Shown here one piece after another: positions 9,402-19,972 of a stretch of DNA of 39,602 nucleotides (its first letter is position 1; each line of letters opens with the position of its first letter). This stretch comes from an archaeon (GTDB taxonomy: Archaea > B1Sed10-29 > JAJSAI01), in assembly GCA_024274695.1 (NCBI GenBank), contig JAJSAI010000029.1:1-39602 (forward strand), written 5' to 3'. Both the position numbers and the translations under genes were made by a program. The notes below the pieces were generated by a model that did not search any database, was not told the origin of the DNA, and worked only from the letters and a program-made list of their open reading frames with translations.

Positions 9402-9943
9402 GCGAAGAAGAGGGCGTGAGGATAACAGAAGAGGACAAGAAGAAGTACGGCGAGCCGGTTAAAGTAGAGAGGGTCAAGGAAACGGGAGAAGTTTTTGTGA
9501 TATGGCGTAAGCCGATAATACACCCCTACGACCAGGAGGAGCGCGAGAGGCAGTACTTCATAACAAGATGGAACCCTCGGAAGGGTGTTCACGAGGAGGC
9601 AGGGCACCTTAACGTCTGGTACCAGCCCTCTGCAGAAGGGGATGTGCGGATGGCGCACGTGGAGGTCAAAAGAAGGTTCAGGAACCGGAATATTGCGACA
9701 AGACTTCACCAGGCAATGCAAGAGGATCATGCAGGGAGGAGCATGTGGTTAAAAGCTGTCCCAGGAACTGTTCCAGTGCACGAAAAGTCCGGGTACGTTC
9801 CTAAAGGAGTTACGGGGTACGAGGGAATGGTTTTCATGCACCGGCCCGCTGACAAGCCTCCCGTGCGGACCGAGATAAAACCCAAACCCCCTCTCTGGGA
9901 GCGCTTAAAGAAAATGCTGAAGAGAAGAAAACGGAGAAAGTAG
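9398..9943 (+). CDS. GNAT-family N-acetyltransferase-like protein
   Basis: Motif A-like AHVEVKRRFRNRNIATRL and motif B-like VPVHEKSGY; ATGA overlap with the sepS stop; basic C-terminal tail. Confidence 0.62.
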   Translation: MSEEEGVRITEEDKKKYGEPVKVERVKETGEVFVIWRKPIIHPYDQEERERQYFITRWNPRKGVHEEAGHLNVWYQPSAEGDVRMAHVEVKRRFRNRNIATRLHQAMQEDHAGRSMWLKAVPGTVPVHEKSGYVPKGVTGYEGMVFMHRPADKPPVRTEIKPKPPLWERLKKMLKRRKRRK

Positions 9944-10348
9944 TCATCCTCCATCCTTTTGGCTAGAATGCTTTTCAAGGTACTTTTTCAGTCCCTTGTG
10001 CAGGGCCTCTGCCGCGAGGCTGGAACAGTGTAGTTTTACCTTGGGCAGTCCCCCCAACTCTTCGGCAACGTCCCTTGAGGTTATCTTCAGCGCTTCTTCT
10101 ATGGTCTTCCCTTTTACCATGTCCGCCAGGACGTCGCTGGTGGCGATAGCGCTGACGCAGCCGAAGGTCTGGAACTTCACATCCTTTATTCTGTTCCCTT
10201 CAATCTTCACGTACACCGTCATCATGTCCCCGCACACAGGGTTTCCCACGGTCTCCTTAATGTCAGCGTCAGGAATCTCGCCAAGGTTCTTAGGATTCCT
10301 GAAGTGCTCGAGCACCTTTTCGGAGTAAAGGCTTGCGATTGATAACAC
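9944..10348 (-). CDS. iscU: Fe-S cluster scaffold IscU/NifU
   Basis: YSEKVLEHFRNPKNLG, GNPVCGD, FQTFGC, KLHCS (three Cys). Start uncertain (GTG 10348 or ATC 10339). Confidence 0.93.
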   Translation of the reverse strand: MLSIASLYSEKVLEHFRNPKNLGEIPDADIKETVGNPVCGDMMTVYVKIEGNRIKDVKFQTFGCVSAIATSDVLADMVKGKTIEEALKITSRDVAEELGGLPKVKLHCSSLAAEALHKGLKKYLEKHSSQKDGG

Positions 10349-10356
10349 CCCCTGAA

Positions 10357-11514
10357 TTATTCCTCCGGCCGCCACGCGGATATTTTCCTGAGCCTTTCCA
10401 CTACCTCAGGGATTTCTCTCAGCATGTAGTCAACATGTTCCTCATTATTGCTCTTTCCAAGGCTTATCCTGAGGGACCCGTTCACGTCCTCTGGCTTGAG
10501 GCCTATTCCCAGGAGAACGTGTGACGCCCGCAGGTTAGGCGAGGAGCACGCGGAGCCTGTGGACACTATTACCCCTTTGGCGTCAAGCAGGGCCACCATA
10601 GCCTCTCCCTCCACGTACCTGAAGGAAACGTTCAAGTGGCCGGGTATCCTGTGAACCTCATGCCCATTAAGCCAGGAGTGTGGCACGTCAAGGAGTTCCA
10701 GCAGAGGCTTCTCAAGTTCCCTGAGCCTTTCAGCCTCCTTTTCCATCTCCTTTGCCCTGATCTCAGCGATCTTCCCAAGCCCTATGATTGCGGGCACGTC
10801 AGGCATGCCGCTCCTGAGCCCGTTCTCCTGCCCGCTGCCGAATATGATCGGGTCAACAGAGACTCCTCTTCTTATGTACAGTCCTCCAGCTCCTTTTGGC
10901 CCGTACGTTTTGTGGCAGGTTACTGAAACAAGGTCTGCCGGAACCTTTTTCAGGTCCAGTTCTATCTTGCCGAAGGAGTAGCAAGCGTTCAGGTGGAACA
11001 CTGTGTCATGCTCCTGGCACAGCCTCCCTATCTCCTTTATGTCCTGCACGGTCCCTATCTCCACGTTAGCGTGTCCGATGGACACCATCAGCGCTCCTTT
11101 TTTCAGTTCTTTCTCAAGCTCTTCCAGTACCACTCTCCCGGTGTTGTCTACAGGGACCTTCACCACCTCGAACCCTTCTCTCTCCAGCTGTTCAAGAGGC
11201 TTTAGGACGGACCCGTGCTCTATTCCAGTGGTGATGATCCTCTTGGACTTCCCTTTGTTCCTTCTCGCGTAACCGAGGATCGCGAGATTGTTTGCTTCCG
11301 TGCCCCCCGAAGTGAACACAAGAGAACCTTCTGGAGCGTTAAGGAATTCCAGGACCTTTTCCCTGCTTTTTTCAATAGCCTCTCTGACCTCGTACCCTCT
11401 GTTGTAGAACAAGCTGCTCGGGTTAGCGAACTTTTCAGAAAAGTATTCTCTCATCGCGTTTTCTACCTTTGGGTCTAAGGGTGTCGTGCTAGCGTGGTCT
11501 GCGTAGACGAACAT
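10357..11514 (-). CDS. iscS: Group I cysteine desulfurase IscS/NifS
   Basis: YADHASTT, FANPSS, FTSGGTEANN, CHKTYGPKG (PLP Lys), STGSACSS catalytic loop, SHVL. Confidence 0.93.
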   Translation of the reverse strand: MFVYADHASTTPLDPKVENAMREYFSEKFANPSSLFYNRGYEVREAIEKSREKVLEFLNAPEGSLVFTSGGTEANNLAILGYARRNKGKSKRIITTGIEHGSVLKPLEQLEREGFEVVKVPVDNTGRVVLEELEKELKKGALMVSIGHANVEIGTVQDIKEIGRLCQEHDTVFHLNACYSFGKIELDLKKVPADLVSVTCHKTYGPKGAGGLYIRRGVSVDPIIFGSGQENGLRSGMPDVPAIIGLGKIAEIRAKEMEKEAERLRELEKPLLELLDVPHSWLNGHEVHRIPGHLNVSFRYVEGEAMVALLDAKGVIVSTGSACSSPNLRASHVLLGIGLKPEDVNGSLRISLGKSNNEEHVDYMLREIPEVVERLRKISAWRPEE

Positions 11515-11559
11515 GGTAAAAGATTATCTTCTCTCCATTTATTATTCTTTTGTCAGTCT

Positions 11560-12771
11560 TCACCTGACTTTCAAGGCCCTTTTGAGCGCGGGCTCGAAAG
11601 CGTTGAAGAACTCGTCAATGTCCTCCTGCGTTACTACGTATGCTGGAGCGAGCCGTACTCTCTTCTTGCCCGCGGGTAGCACGAGCACGTTCCTCTTGTA
11701 CAGTTCCTGTACAAGAGCATCCCTGGCCCTGGCAGAGTGCAGGCTGAATCCTATCATGAGCCCGAGGCCGTCAATCTTGGAAATGCTGTCCGAGTACTCG
11801 TGCAAGCGTTCTAGGATTCCTCTCCCGATGTTCTTGATCCTCCCAAGGAGCTTCTCCTCCTTGATCACCCTAATGGTTTCGGCACCTACGGCCATTGATA
11901 TGATGTCCCCGCCTCCGAAGGTGCTTGACATCCCTCCTTCTGGAGGGAACAGTTTCCGGTTGGCCATCACCGCACCCACCTGAAGGCCTTTCGCGCTGGT
12001 TATAATGTCAGGATCAACCCCGTAGTTTTGTATCGCCCACCATTCCCCTGTCCTGCCGAGACCTGCCTGCACTTCGTCCGAGATGATCAGCATCCCTTCT
12101 GAACTGGCGATCTGCACCACTTCCCTGAGCCACATTCCCGCAGGAATGTATCCTCCTTCCCCCTGCACGGGTTCTAGTATAAGGAAGGAAATGTTTTCCG
12201 CACCTTCCTGCGAGAGTATCCTGTCCATTTCAAGCACAGAGTCAGGGCTGAACGGTATTCTCAGGGCTGGAAGGGAAGGGAACCTGTTCTTGTGCACGCT
12301 TTTTGAGTTCGTCAGACTGAGAGCCCCCAAAGTCCTGCCATGGAACGCGTTCTCGAAGGAGACTCCCATGAACCCCCTTCGGTTGTAGAATGCGATTTTC
12401 ACGGCGTTCTCCACCGCCTCGGCGCCAGAATTGCACAAGAACCCTGCGTTAATGCCCCTCGGGGTCACGCTGACCAGTTCCTGCAGTAAGTCCAGGTGCT
12501 CTTGCACGTAAAAGTCCTGTCCTGCGATTTTCACAGGCGCTCTGCCAGAGTATTCTTTCACGACCTCCAGAAGCCGGGGGTGGTTGATCCCGAGGGGAGC
12601 GGTGCACAGCAGGGAGGTCATGTCCAGGAAAATGTTTCCGTCAATGTCCTCCACGTGACACCCTTCACCTTCTCCTGAGAGGACTATCGGGTATGGGAGA
12701 GCGTGCCCCCCGTTAAGAAGCTTCATTCTCTTCACGAAGCCCTTGGTCCGAGGCCCTGGCATGCTTTTCAT
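11560..12771 (-). CDS. Class III PLP aminotransferase (GABA/ornithine aminotransferase-like)
   Basis: NSGAEAVENAVK, FHGRT, EPVQGEGG, DEVQAGLGRTG, SAKG, STFGG. Confidence 0.9.
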   Translation of the reverse strand: MKSMPGPRTKGFVKRMKLLNGGHALPYPIVLSGEGEGCHVEDIDGNIFLDMTSLLCTAPLGINHPRLLEVVKEYSGRAPVKIAGQDFYVQEHLDLLQELVSVTPRGINAGFLCNSGAEAVENAVKIAFYNRRGFMGVSFENAFHGRTLGALSLTNSKSVHKNRFPSLPALRIPFSPDSVLEMDRILSQEGAENISFLILEPVQGEGGYIPAGMWLREVVQIASSEGMLIISDEVQAGLGRTGEWWAIQNYGVDPDIITSAKGLQVGAVMANRKLFPPEGGMSSTFGGGDIISMAVGAETIRVIKEEKLLGRIKNIGRGILERLHEYSDSISKIDGLGLMIGFSLHSARARDALVQELYKRNVLVLPAGKKRVRLAPAYVVTQEDIDEFFNAFEPALKRALKVR

Positions 12772-12861
12772 GGTTTTCTCACAAGAAATAGGACAATTAA
12801 AAGCTTTGCCCGCTTCCTGCCGCGGGGCCTCCTCCCGCGCATAATACTTGAGGAGAGAGGT

Positions 12862-14082
12862 TCATGCTCCGCGCAGCACTCCAAGCACTTTCTTGAACGT
12901 GTCCACGAACGTCTCCGCTTCCTCAAGGGTGTTGTAGAAGTACACTGACGCCCTAACACTTCCTGGAACGTCATGCGCGTTAAACCAGGAGTGCACGCAG
13001 TGCCTTCCAGACCTCACCTCTATGTTCGCGGTCTCGTCCAACGCGATTGCTATGTCATGAGGGTCTGCGCCTTCAACAACAATGCTTACTATCCCGCTCC
13101 TCTGCCTTGGGTCCGAGGGGCCCAGTATGCTTACTCCTGGAATGTCCTGAATGCTTTCTGTGATCAGCTTGTTTATCTCGTACTCCCTCTTCTCAATGTT
13201 CTTGAACCCGATCCTGGAAACGTATTCCGCGGCAGCACCTGCTCCTATCATGCCAGCATAGTTCTGCAGGCCGGCCTCAAACTTTTCAGGAGGTGGCAGG
13301 AACTCAAACCTGTCGTACCAGGCATCCTTGACCGTGTCCCCCCCTACTATGAACCCGTCAATTTCCTCCAAAAGCTTTTTCTTGCCGTAGAGCACCCCGA
13401 CTCCTGTGGGGCCGCACATCTTGTGAACGGAGAACGCGAGGAAGTCCACGTCAAGCTCTCTGACATCAACCTTGTGATGGGGTGCTGTCTGGGCGGCGTC
13501 AAGCATCACGAGCGCTCCGTGCTCGTGAGCTTTCTTCACCACCTCCTTGGCTGGAATGGTGTAGCCGTCAAGGTTGCTGGTCCATACCATGCTCACGAGC
13601 TTTACTCCCTGCTCCAGTTTCTCCTCGTACGCGCCCATGTCAAACGTTAGGTCAGGATTGCTCGGAACATAATCATGCCTTATTCCCTTCTTTTTTTGCA
13701 TGAACAGCCAGGGCACAAGGTTTGAGTTATGCTCCCTGTCTGTTGTCAGCACTACATCCCCTGGTTTCAGGTCCAGGGCGTATGCCACAAGGTTTATTGA
13801 CTCTGACGTATTCCTCGTGAAAATGATCTCGTGCTCGCTGTGCGCGTTCACGTAATCTTGGATGATCCTGCGCGCTTTTTCAACCTCCTCCTTTGTTCTG
13901 TTAGCGAGCTTGTGAATGCTCCTTCCGGTTACCGATGAGTACTCGTAGTAGTACTCGTTCATCTTCTCCACGACCTGCCTCGGTTTGAGGGTCATGGCCG
14001 CGTTATCAAAGTATATTATCGGTTTGCCATAGAACCTCTTCTGGAGGATCGGGAAGTCATTCCTGCAGTCGTCCAAGCTCAT
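12862..14082 (-). CDS. sufS: Group II cysteine desulfurase (SufS/CsdA-like)
   Basis: YFDNAA, FTRNTSESIN, EHNSNLVPW, SVHKMCGPTG (PLP Lys), FEAG, RSGRHC catalytic motif, RASVYFYNT. Confidence 0.9.
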   Translation of the reverse strand: MSLDDCRNDFPILQKRFYGKPIIYFDNAAMTLKPRQVVEKMNEYYYEYSSVTGRSIHKLANRTKEEVEKARRIIQDYVNAHSEHEIIFTRNTSESINLVAYALDLKPGDVVLTTDREHNSNLVPWLFMQKKKGIRHDYVPSNPDLTFDMGAYEEKLEQGVKLVSMVWTSNLDGYTIPAKEVVKKAHEHGALVMLDAAQTAPHHKVDVRELDVDFLAFSVHKMCGPTGVGVLYGKKKLLEEIDGFIVGGDTVKDAWYDRFEFLPPPEKFEAGLQNYAGMIGAGAAAEYVSRIGFKNIEKREYEINKLITESIQDIPGVSILGPSDPRQRSGIVSIVVEGADPHDIAIALDETANIEVRSGRHCVHSWFNAHDVPGSVRASVYFYNTLEEAETFVDTFKKVLGVLRGA

Positions 14083-14166
14083 GAGAAAAAGTATGTCCCT
14101 CCGAGTTGATAAATGTTGTGTTGTGGTTTTTAATACTCCGGAACCATTATTACTTCTGGTGAGACC

Positions 14167-15186
14167 TTGCCGGAGGAGGAAATTGAAAGGGAACTGAACG
14201 CTTTAATGGACCTAATAAAATGGGACTGGGAGAAAGGGGAATATAACAAGAAAAAAGTGGTGCACAGGGCCCTTTCCATCCGGGCAAAACACCATATTCC
14301 TGTGGATCAGATTCTGCTGGAGCTGGCCTCACGGGTTAAGGATGATGACATGCTCAGGGAGAGGATCCTGGAGCACGTAGACAGCCTCCTGGAGCGCAGG
14401 GCAATAGAAGAAAGGGTCAAAGAAAGAAGAAGGCTGAAGGAGAGTGGCGAAAAACGTGAGAGGAAGGGAGCGAAGATCATCGGAGAGAGGAGGGCAGTGT
14501 CCGATGAGGAACTGGTGAAAAAGCACGCCGAGCTGGCGGAAAAGCTAGGCAGGCCGCCGACAGAAGGAGAACTGTCCGCTGCTCTGGGAGGAAGGATTTC
14601 TCCGACGAGAGCCCTTAGCAGGATCACGTCCCTTGGCCTAGCGTACCCTAAATTCTCCTCTTCAACAGAGGAAGAATACGCCAACATTCTTAAGGAAGAA
14701 CACGAGGCCCTAAAGAAAAAGCTCGGCAGGCTTCCCACTAAAGAAGAGTTATACGGCAGGCTTCAGGAGAGAGGCATTCCCCCTTACAGGCTTAGGGGGA
14801 GAAAGTCTCTAGCCAATAAGACCTTGAAAGAACTGGAGTTCTACACGCCCTCTGAAGCACTATACCACGACCTGAACAAGAACCCCCGGAGATTCCTGAA
14901 GGAGGTTTTCAGGCAGCCTAAAGTAAGACGAGACTATCCAGTCATAAGAAACGCGTTTGAAAGCCTTGTCGTGGATCTTGCCAGGGATCTTGGAAGGATA
15001 CCCACGAAAAGAGAACTCGCCGGAGAGATAGGGATAAGCGTGAACAGACTGTCTGAGTTCTTGAGAGCCTGGGGTCTTAGCAAGGAGATCCCTTCAAGCA
15101 TTGACTACAAGAGGGCCCAGAGGGAAACCCGCAGGATAAGAGAGATGTTCAGGGAATACATCCAGGGAAAACGAAGAGGAAGGTAG
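14167..15186 (+). CDS. Hypothetical basic protein with three LGRxPTxxEL (HTH-like) repeats
   Basis: 339-aa ORF, TTG start with GGTGA SD (14158-14162); repeats KLGRPPTEGEL, KLGRLPTKEEL, DLGRIPTKREL; T-run after the stop. Confidence 0.75.
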   Translation: MPEEEIERELNALMDLIKWDWEKGEYNKKKVVHRALSIRAKHHIPVDQILLELASRVKDDDMLRERILEHVDSLLERRAIEERVKERRRLKESGEKRERKGAKIIGERRAVSDEELVKKHAELAEKLGRPPTEGELSAALGGRISPTRALSRITSLGLAYPKFSSSTEEEYANILKEEHEALKKKLGRLPTKEELYGRLQERGIPPYRLRGRKSLANKTLKELEFYTPSEALYHDLNKNPRRFLKEVFRQPKVRRDYPVIRNAFESLVVDLARDLGRIPTKRELAGEIGISVNRLSEFLRAWGLSKEIPSSIDYKRAQRETRRIREMFREYIQGKRRGR

Positions 15187-15188
15187 TC

Positions 15189-15196
15189 TCTTTTTT
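15189..15196 (+). terminator. Putative archaeal U-rich terminator
   Basis: TCTTTTTT directly after the stop of 14167-15186, between converging transcription units. Confidence 0.4.
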
Positions 15197-15207
15197 GGGA
15201 GCGTTAG

Positions 15208-15283
15208 TGGTGGACCCGCCGGGATTCGAACCCGGGACCTTCCGCGTGCGAAGCGGATACTCTTCCAACTGAGCTACGGGCCC
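15208..15283 (-). tRNA. tRNA-Ala(CGC)
   Basis: GGGCCCG TA GCTC AGTTGGAA GAGT A TCCGC TT CGC AC GCGGA AGGTC CCGGG TTCGAAT CCCGG CGGGTCC A CCA; G3:U70; CCA encoded; no intron. Confidence 0.96.
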
Positions 15284-15290
15284 ACACGAT

Positions 15291-16460
<1,170 letters not shown>

Positions 16461-16474
16461 TTAGAATAACTGTT

Positions 16475-16548
16475 TGGAGCGGGGAGGGAGATTTGAACTC
16501 CCGTACACCGGTCTGCAGCCGGTTGCATAGCCGCTCTGCCATCCCCGC
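16475..16548 (-). tRNA. tRNA-Cys(GCA), G37 isodecoder (SepRS-type)
   Basis: GCGGGGA TG GCAG AGCGGCTA TGC A ACCGG CT GCA GA CCGGT GTAC GGGAG TTCAAAT CTCCC TCCCCGC T CCA; anticodon at 16514-16516; G37; U73; CCA encoded. Confidence 0.96.
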
Positions 16549-16590
16549 AGAGGCTTTTTCTGGGACAAGGTTAATTTTGAAGGGCAGGTT

Positions 16591-17613
16591 TTAAAAGGGT
16601 TTCGAGAGAGCTCTTGCAAGGTTTTCCACGAACTTTTCCCTGTACCTTCTGGGCACGTTCGTCCCGTACGCTCCGGGGTGTCCTCCGTGGACCGCTCCCG
16701 GGATCCCTTTGACTGCCTCGGGCACTATTCTTGTCAGGTCCGGTCCAGGGCTTCTGGTGGAGAAGCTTGCTTCTTCCTCCTCGTCAACACTCACGGTCAC
16801 CACTTTGCCCGGGTGCTTTAGCCTGAGGTAGTCCACGAGCAGTCTTTTTATCCTGTACTTTGTTTTTCCCGCGTGGACGTACACCAACCTGGCATCTTTC
16901 CACGTCTTCTCTTTACACTCTCTTATGACGCGCAGTGTTTCTTCTTCTGCCTCGTCTATTATCCGGTACAAGTGTTTCGCTTTGCCGTGTTTTTCTGTCC
17001 ACGCGTGCAGAGGATCCTCTTTTTCAATGCTTTCTATCATGATTTTGAGTATGTCTTCGGATACATCCTTCTGGAGGTATCCTGCCAGGAAGAGGAGGGT
17101 TGTCCTGGTGAGGGCTGGGTCCAGTTGTCCGCCTATTAGGTATGTTCTTTTTTCCTGGGGCGTGAGCTTTATCAGCGGCAGAGACTCTTCCAGCATCCTG
17201 TCAGAGTACGATCCGAGCAGGGCGACCCACTTGAGGTTCTTTTCTCCACCCGCTTTCTCGTACAGCCGGTAGCACAGCGCGCTACAGCTGGGCACGCTGC
17301 TCGTTTCAAACGCAGGGTTTACGAACGGGCATTCTGGTTTCTCCTTTCTCTTATGATGGTCTATTATGAGTATCCTTTCATCTTTTGGCACTCTCGGGGG
17401 AGAGACGTCTGTCATTATCACCTTATCATAACCTTCAAGTCCAGTGATGTCCTTCATCACGTTGGTGATTTTCACGTCAGGCTCTACTCCCCTCTCTTTC
17501 ATGAGTGTGTAGACTATCGCTCCTGAGCAGAGTCCGTCGCCGTCGTTGTGGGTTATGAGGAGGGTCTTGTCAGAGCTTTTTATTGCTTTCAGGAACCTGA
17601 CTGCCTCGTCCAT
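16591..17613 (-). CDS. DHH/DHHA1 phosphoesterase (RecJ-like)
   Basis: THNDGDGLCS, MTD, IIDHH, SD, HGGHPGAYG. Confidence 0.88.
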   Translation of the reverse strand: MDEAVRFLKAIKSSDKTLLITHNDGDGLCSGAIVYTLMKERGVEPDVKITNVMKDITGLEGYDKVIMTDVSPPRVPKDERILIIDHHKRKEKPECPFVNPAFETSSVPSCSALCYRLYEKAGGEKNLKWVALLGSYSDRMLEESLPLIKLTPQEKRTYLIGGQLDPALTRTTLLFLAGYLQKDVSEDILKIMIESIEKEDPLHAWTEKHGKAKHLYRIIDEAEEETLRVIRECKEKTWKDARLVYVHAGKTKYRIKRLLVDYLRLKHPGKVVTVSVDEEEEASFSTRSPGPDLTRIVPEAVKGIPGAVHGGHPGAYGTNVPRRYREKFVENLARALSKPF

Positions 17614-17635
17614 CAGTTTTTTTGAGGACTCTGGC

Positions 17636-17642
17636 TTTAAAA
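17636..17642 (-). promoter_or_regulatory. TATA box of the DHH gene (leaderless)
   Basis: TTTTAAA on the minus strand 22 nt upstream of ATG 17613. Confidence 0.5.
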
Positions 17643-17647
17643 TCCTT

Positions 17648-18028
17648 TTATTTTTTCCAGAGTCCGTGCACGTTACAGTACTCTCTCGCTTTCAGGGATT
17701 CAGAGTATTTGACCGAGAACCTCGCCTCTGGTTTGTCCCCTGGTCTCAAGAACTTCCTGTGCACTTCCCCTCCTTCTTCAACGAGTTCTATCCACTCAAT
17801 GTAGTGGTTTTCTTCCATTGGGTGCGGGACAGAGCCCACTTTAACGAGCACTCCACTCTCTGTTCTCTCTATTACAGGAACATGCTTTTCTGTTTTCCAG
17901 TCGGCAGTCTGCTCGGGCATGAGCTGCATTGGCTGCCCACAACAAACCAGTTGCCCGATCCCTGCGTGCACGACCATCACGATGTTACCGCACACGTTGC
18001 ATTTGTACACCTGCATTCGTTCAGTCAC
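17648..18028 (-). CDS. dfx: Desulfoferrodoxin (2Fe superoxide reductase)
   Basis: CNVCGN...CCG desulforedoxin domain; [21 protein letters not shown]; GTG 18028 after AGGAGGTGA SD. Confidence 0.95.
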   Translation of the reverse strand: MTERMQVYKCNVCGNIVMVVHAGIGQLVCCGQPMQLMPEQTADWKTEKHVPVIERTESGVLVKVGSVPHPMEENHYIEWIELVEEGGEVHRKFLRPGDKPEARFSVKYSESLKAREYCNVHGLWKK

Positions 18029-18033
18029 CGTTC

Positions 18034-19968
18034 TCACCTCCTGAGAGTTTGTGCGTTTAAGGCGACTATTATCGTGCTAAGGGACATCAGCGCTGCTCCC
18101 GCAGCAGGAGCGAGCACTACCCCGTACGAAGAGAGCACCCCTGCTGCCAGGGGGATGGCGAATATGTTGTATCCTGCGGCCCACCACAGGTTCTGGACCA
18201 TCTTAGAGTAAACTCTCCTTGAGAACCTGATGATCCGGGGAATGTTCTTCAGATCGTCCTCTACCAGGATTATGTCAGCACTCTCTATCGCGACCTGTGT
18301 TCCCGTGCCTATGGCGATCCCAACGTCCGCGGTCACCAGTGCAGGAGCGTCGTTTATCCCGTCCCCGACCATGACCACGGTCCTTGCCGTCTTCTTTATC
18401 TCTTTTATTATCGCGGCCTTTTCTTCTGGAAGTACTCTTGCGTACGCCTTGTCCACTCCCAGGGTTCTGGCCACTTTCTCAGCGATGCTCTTATTGTCTC
18501 CTGTGATCATGTACACTTTCATCCCGAGCTCCTTGCACTCTTTTACTACCTTCCTGGCTTCAGGCCGTATCCTGTCAGAGAGGACTATTGTTCCCAGTAT
18601 CCTCTTTCCGGTTACCACGTAAACAACGGTCCCGTTCTCATGGCCATGGCTTGCCTTGAGCCCAATGCTCCGAAGAAGCTCAGGGCCTCCCACGTACACT
18701 CTTTTACGCCCTACCTTCCCGACAGCTCCCTTGCCCGGAATTGTCTTATACTCTTTGACCTCTGGTATTCGGATGCCCCTTTCCAAGGCTTCTTCCACAA
18801 TTGCTCTTGCTATCGCGTGTTCTGATCTCTGTTCTACTGCGGCCGCGAGTTTCAGAACATCCTCCTCAGGCGCCTCTGACCTGATTTCTGTCACGCCGAA
18901 CTTTCCCTCTGTCAGCGTGCCCGTCTTGTCAAAAACTATAACATCAGCATTCCTAAGCTGCTCGAAAGCCTGCTTGTTTCTTATGAGCGCGCCCTTTTTC
19001 GCGGTCATTGATGTTGATATGGCGACCACGAGAGGGATGGCGAGACCTAGTGCGTGAGGGCAGGCTATCACAAGAACTGTCACGCTGCGTTCCACAGCAT
19101 AGGACAATCCCTTGTACAGTGCCCAGACAACGAATGTTACTGTCCCAGACGCTAACGCCGCGTAAAATAGTAATGCCGCGGCCCTGTCAGCAAGTTCCTG
19201 CGTTTTGGACTTGCTTTCTTGCGCTCTTCTGACGAGCGCGATAACCTGGGACAGGTACGTTTCTTTCCCAGTCCTTTCTATTCTAACGGTTATGCTCCCT
19301 GTCCCGTTGACTGATCCTCCGATTACCTTGTCTCCTTTTTCTTTCTGCACAGGAACTGATTCTCCTGTGAGCAAGGACTCGTCCACGCTGGATCTACCTT
19401 CAACGACCTCCCCATCTGCCGGGATCCTTTCTCCTGGTTTTACTATAACCAGGTCTCCTGGCTTTAAGGAACTCGTGGGAACGTCAACTATCTTCCCTTT
19501 TCTGATGACGTGCGCTGTTGAGGGGATGAGTTTTGCCAGTTCTTCCAGCGCGCGTGAGGCGCGCATAACGCTTCTCATTTCTATCCAGTGGCCCAACAGC
19601 ATCACGTCTATCAGCGTGGCGAGCTCCCAGAAGAAGTCCTTCCCGCCGGTTAGGCTGCTTGCCAGGGAGTAAAAAAAGGCCACGGAGATCGCCGTGCCTA
19701 TGAGCGTCATCATCCCTGGGGATCGCGATCTTAGTTCCTTGACCATTCCCGTGAGGAAAGGCCTCCCGCCGTACACGTACACTGCTGTTGAAAAGGCCAG
19801 GACCACCCACGCCTGTCCTGGGAAGCGTAGTCCTACTCCTGTCCACGCTTGGATCGTTTCCGAGAAAACGATTATGGGCACGGTTAGGATTAGAGAAACG
19901 ATGAACTTTTCTCTGAATTCTTTGACGTGATCGTGTTCTTTGTGCGAGTGACAACAACCTCCTTTCAC
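18034..19968 (-). CDS. copB: Copper-translocating P1B-type ATPase (CopB-like, CPH motif)
   Basis: N-terminal [50 protein letters not shown] and MSLS. Confidence 0.92.
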   Translation of the reverse strand: MKGGCCHSHKEHDHVKEFREKFIVSLILTVPIIVFSETIQAWTGVGLRFPGQAWVVLAFSTAVYVYGGRPFLTGMVKELRSRSPGMMTLIGTAISVAFFYSLASSLTGGKDFFWELATLIDVMLLGHWIEMRSVMRASRALEELAKLIPSTAHVIRKGKIVDVPTSSLKPGDLVIVKPGERIPADGEVVEGRSSVDESLLTGESVPVQKEKGDKVIGGSVNGTGSITVRIERTGKETYLSQVIALVRRAQESKSKTQELADRAAALLFYAALASGTVTFVVWALYKGLSYAVERSVTVLVIACPHALGLAIPLVVAISTSMTAKKGALIRNKQAFEQLRNADVIVFDKTGTLTEGKFGVTEIRSEAPEEDVLKLAAAVEQRSEHAIARAIVEEALERGIRIPEVKEYKTIPGKGAVGKVGRKRVYVGGPELLRSIGLKASHGHENGTVVYVVTGKRILGTIVLSDRIRPEARKVVKECKELGMKVYMITGDNKSIAEKVARTLGVDKAYARVLPEEKAAIIKEIKKTARTVVMVGDGINDAPALVTADVGIAIGTGTQVAIESADIILVEDDLKNIPRIIRFSRRVYSKMVQNLWWAAGYNIFAIPLAAGVLSSYGVVLAPAAGAALMSLSTIIVALNAQTLRR

Positions 19969-19972
19969 GCGC

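Noticed and set aside
12821-12839. GC hairpin CGCGGG-N7-CCCGCG between sufS and the aminotransferase
   Set aside because: Only a 6-bp stem with no U-tract and no recognisable ncRNA features; not enough to call.
14167-15283. Integrated element at tRNA-Ala(CGC), using similarity with tRNA-Ala(GGC) at 38392 as att sites
   Set aside because: Both copies are complete tRNAs with different anticodons, there is no integrase, and the intervening DNA holds core genes.
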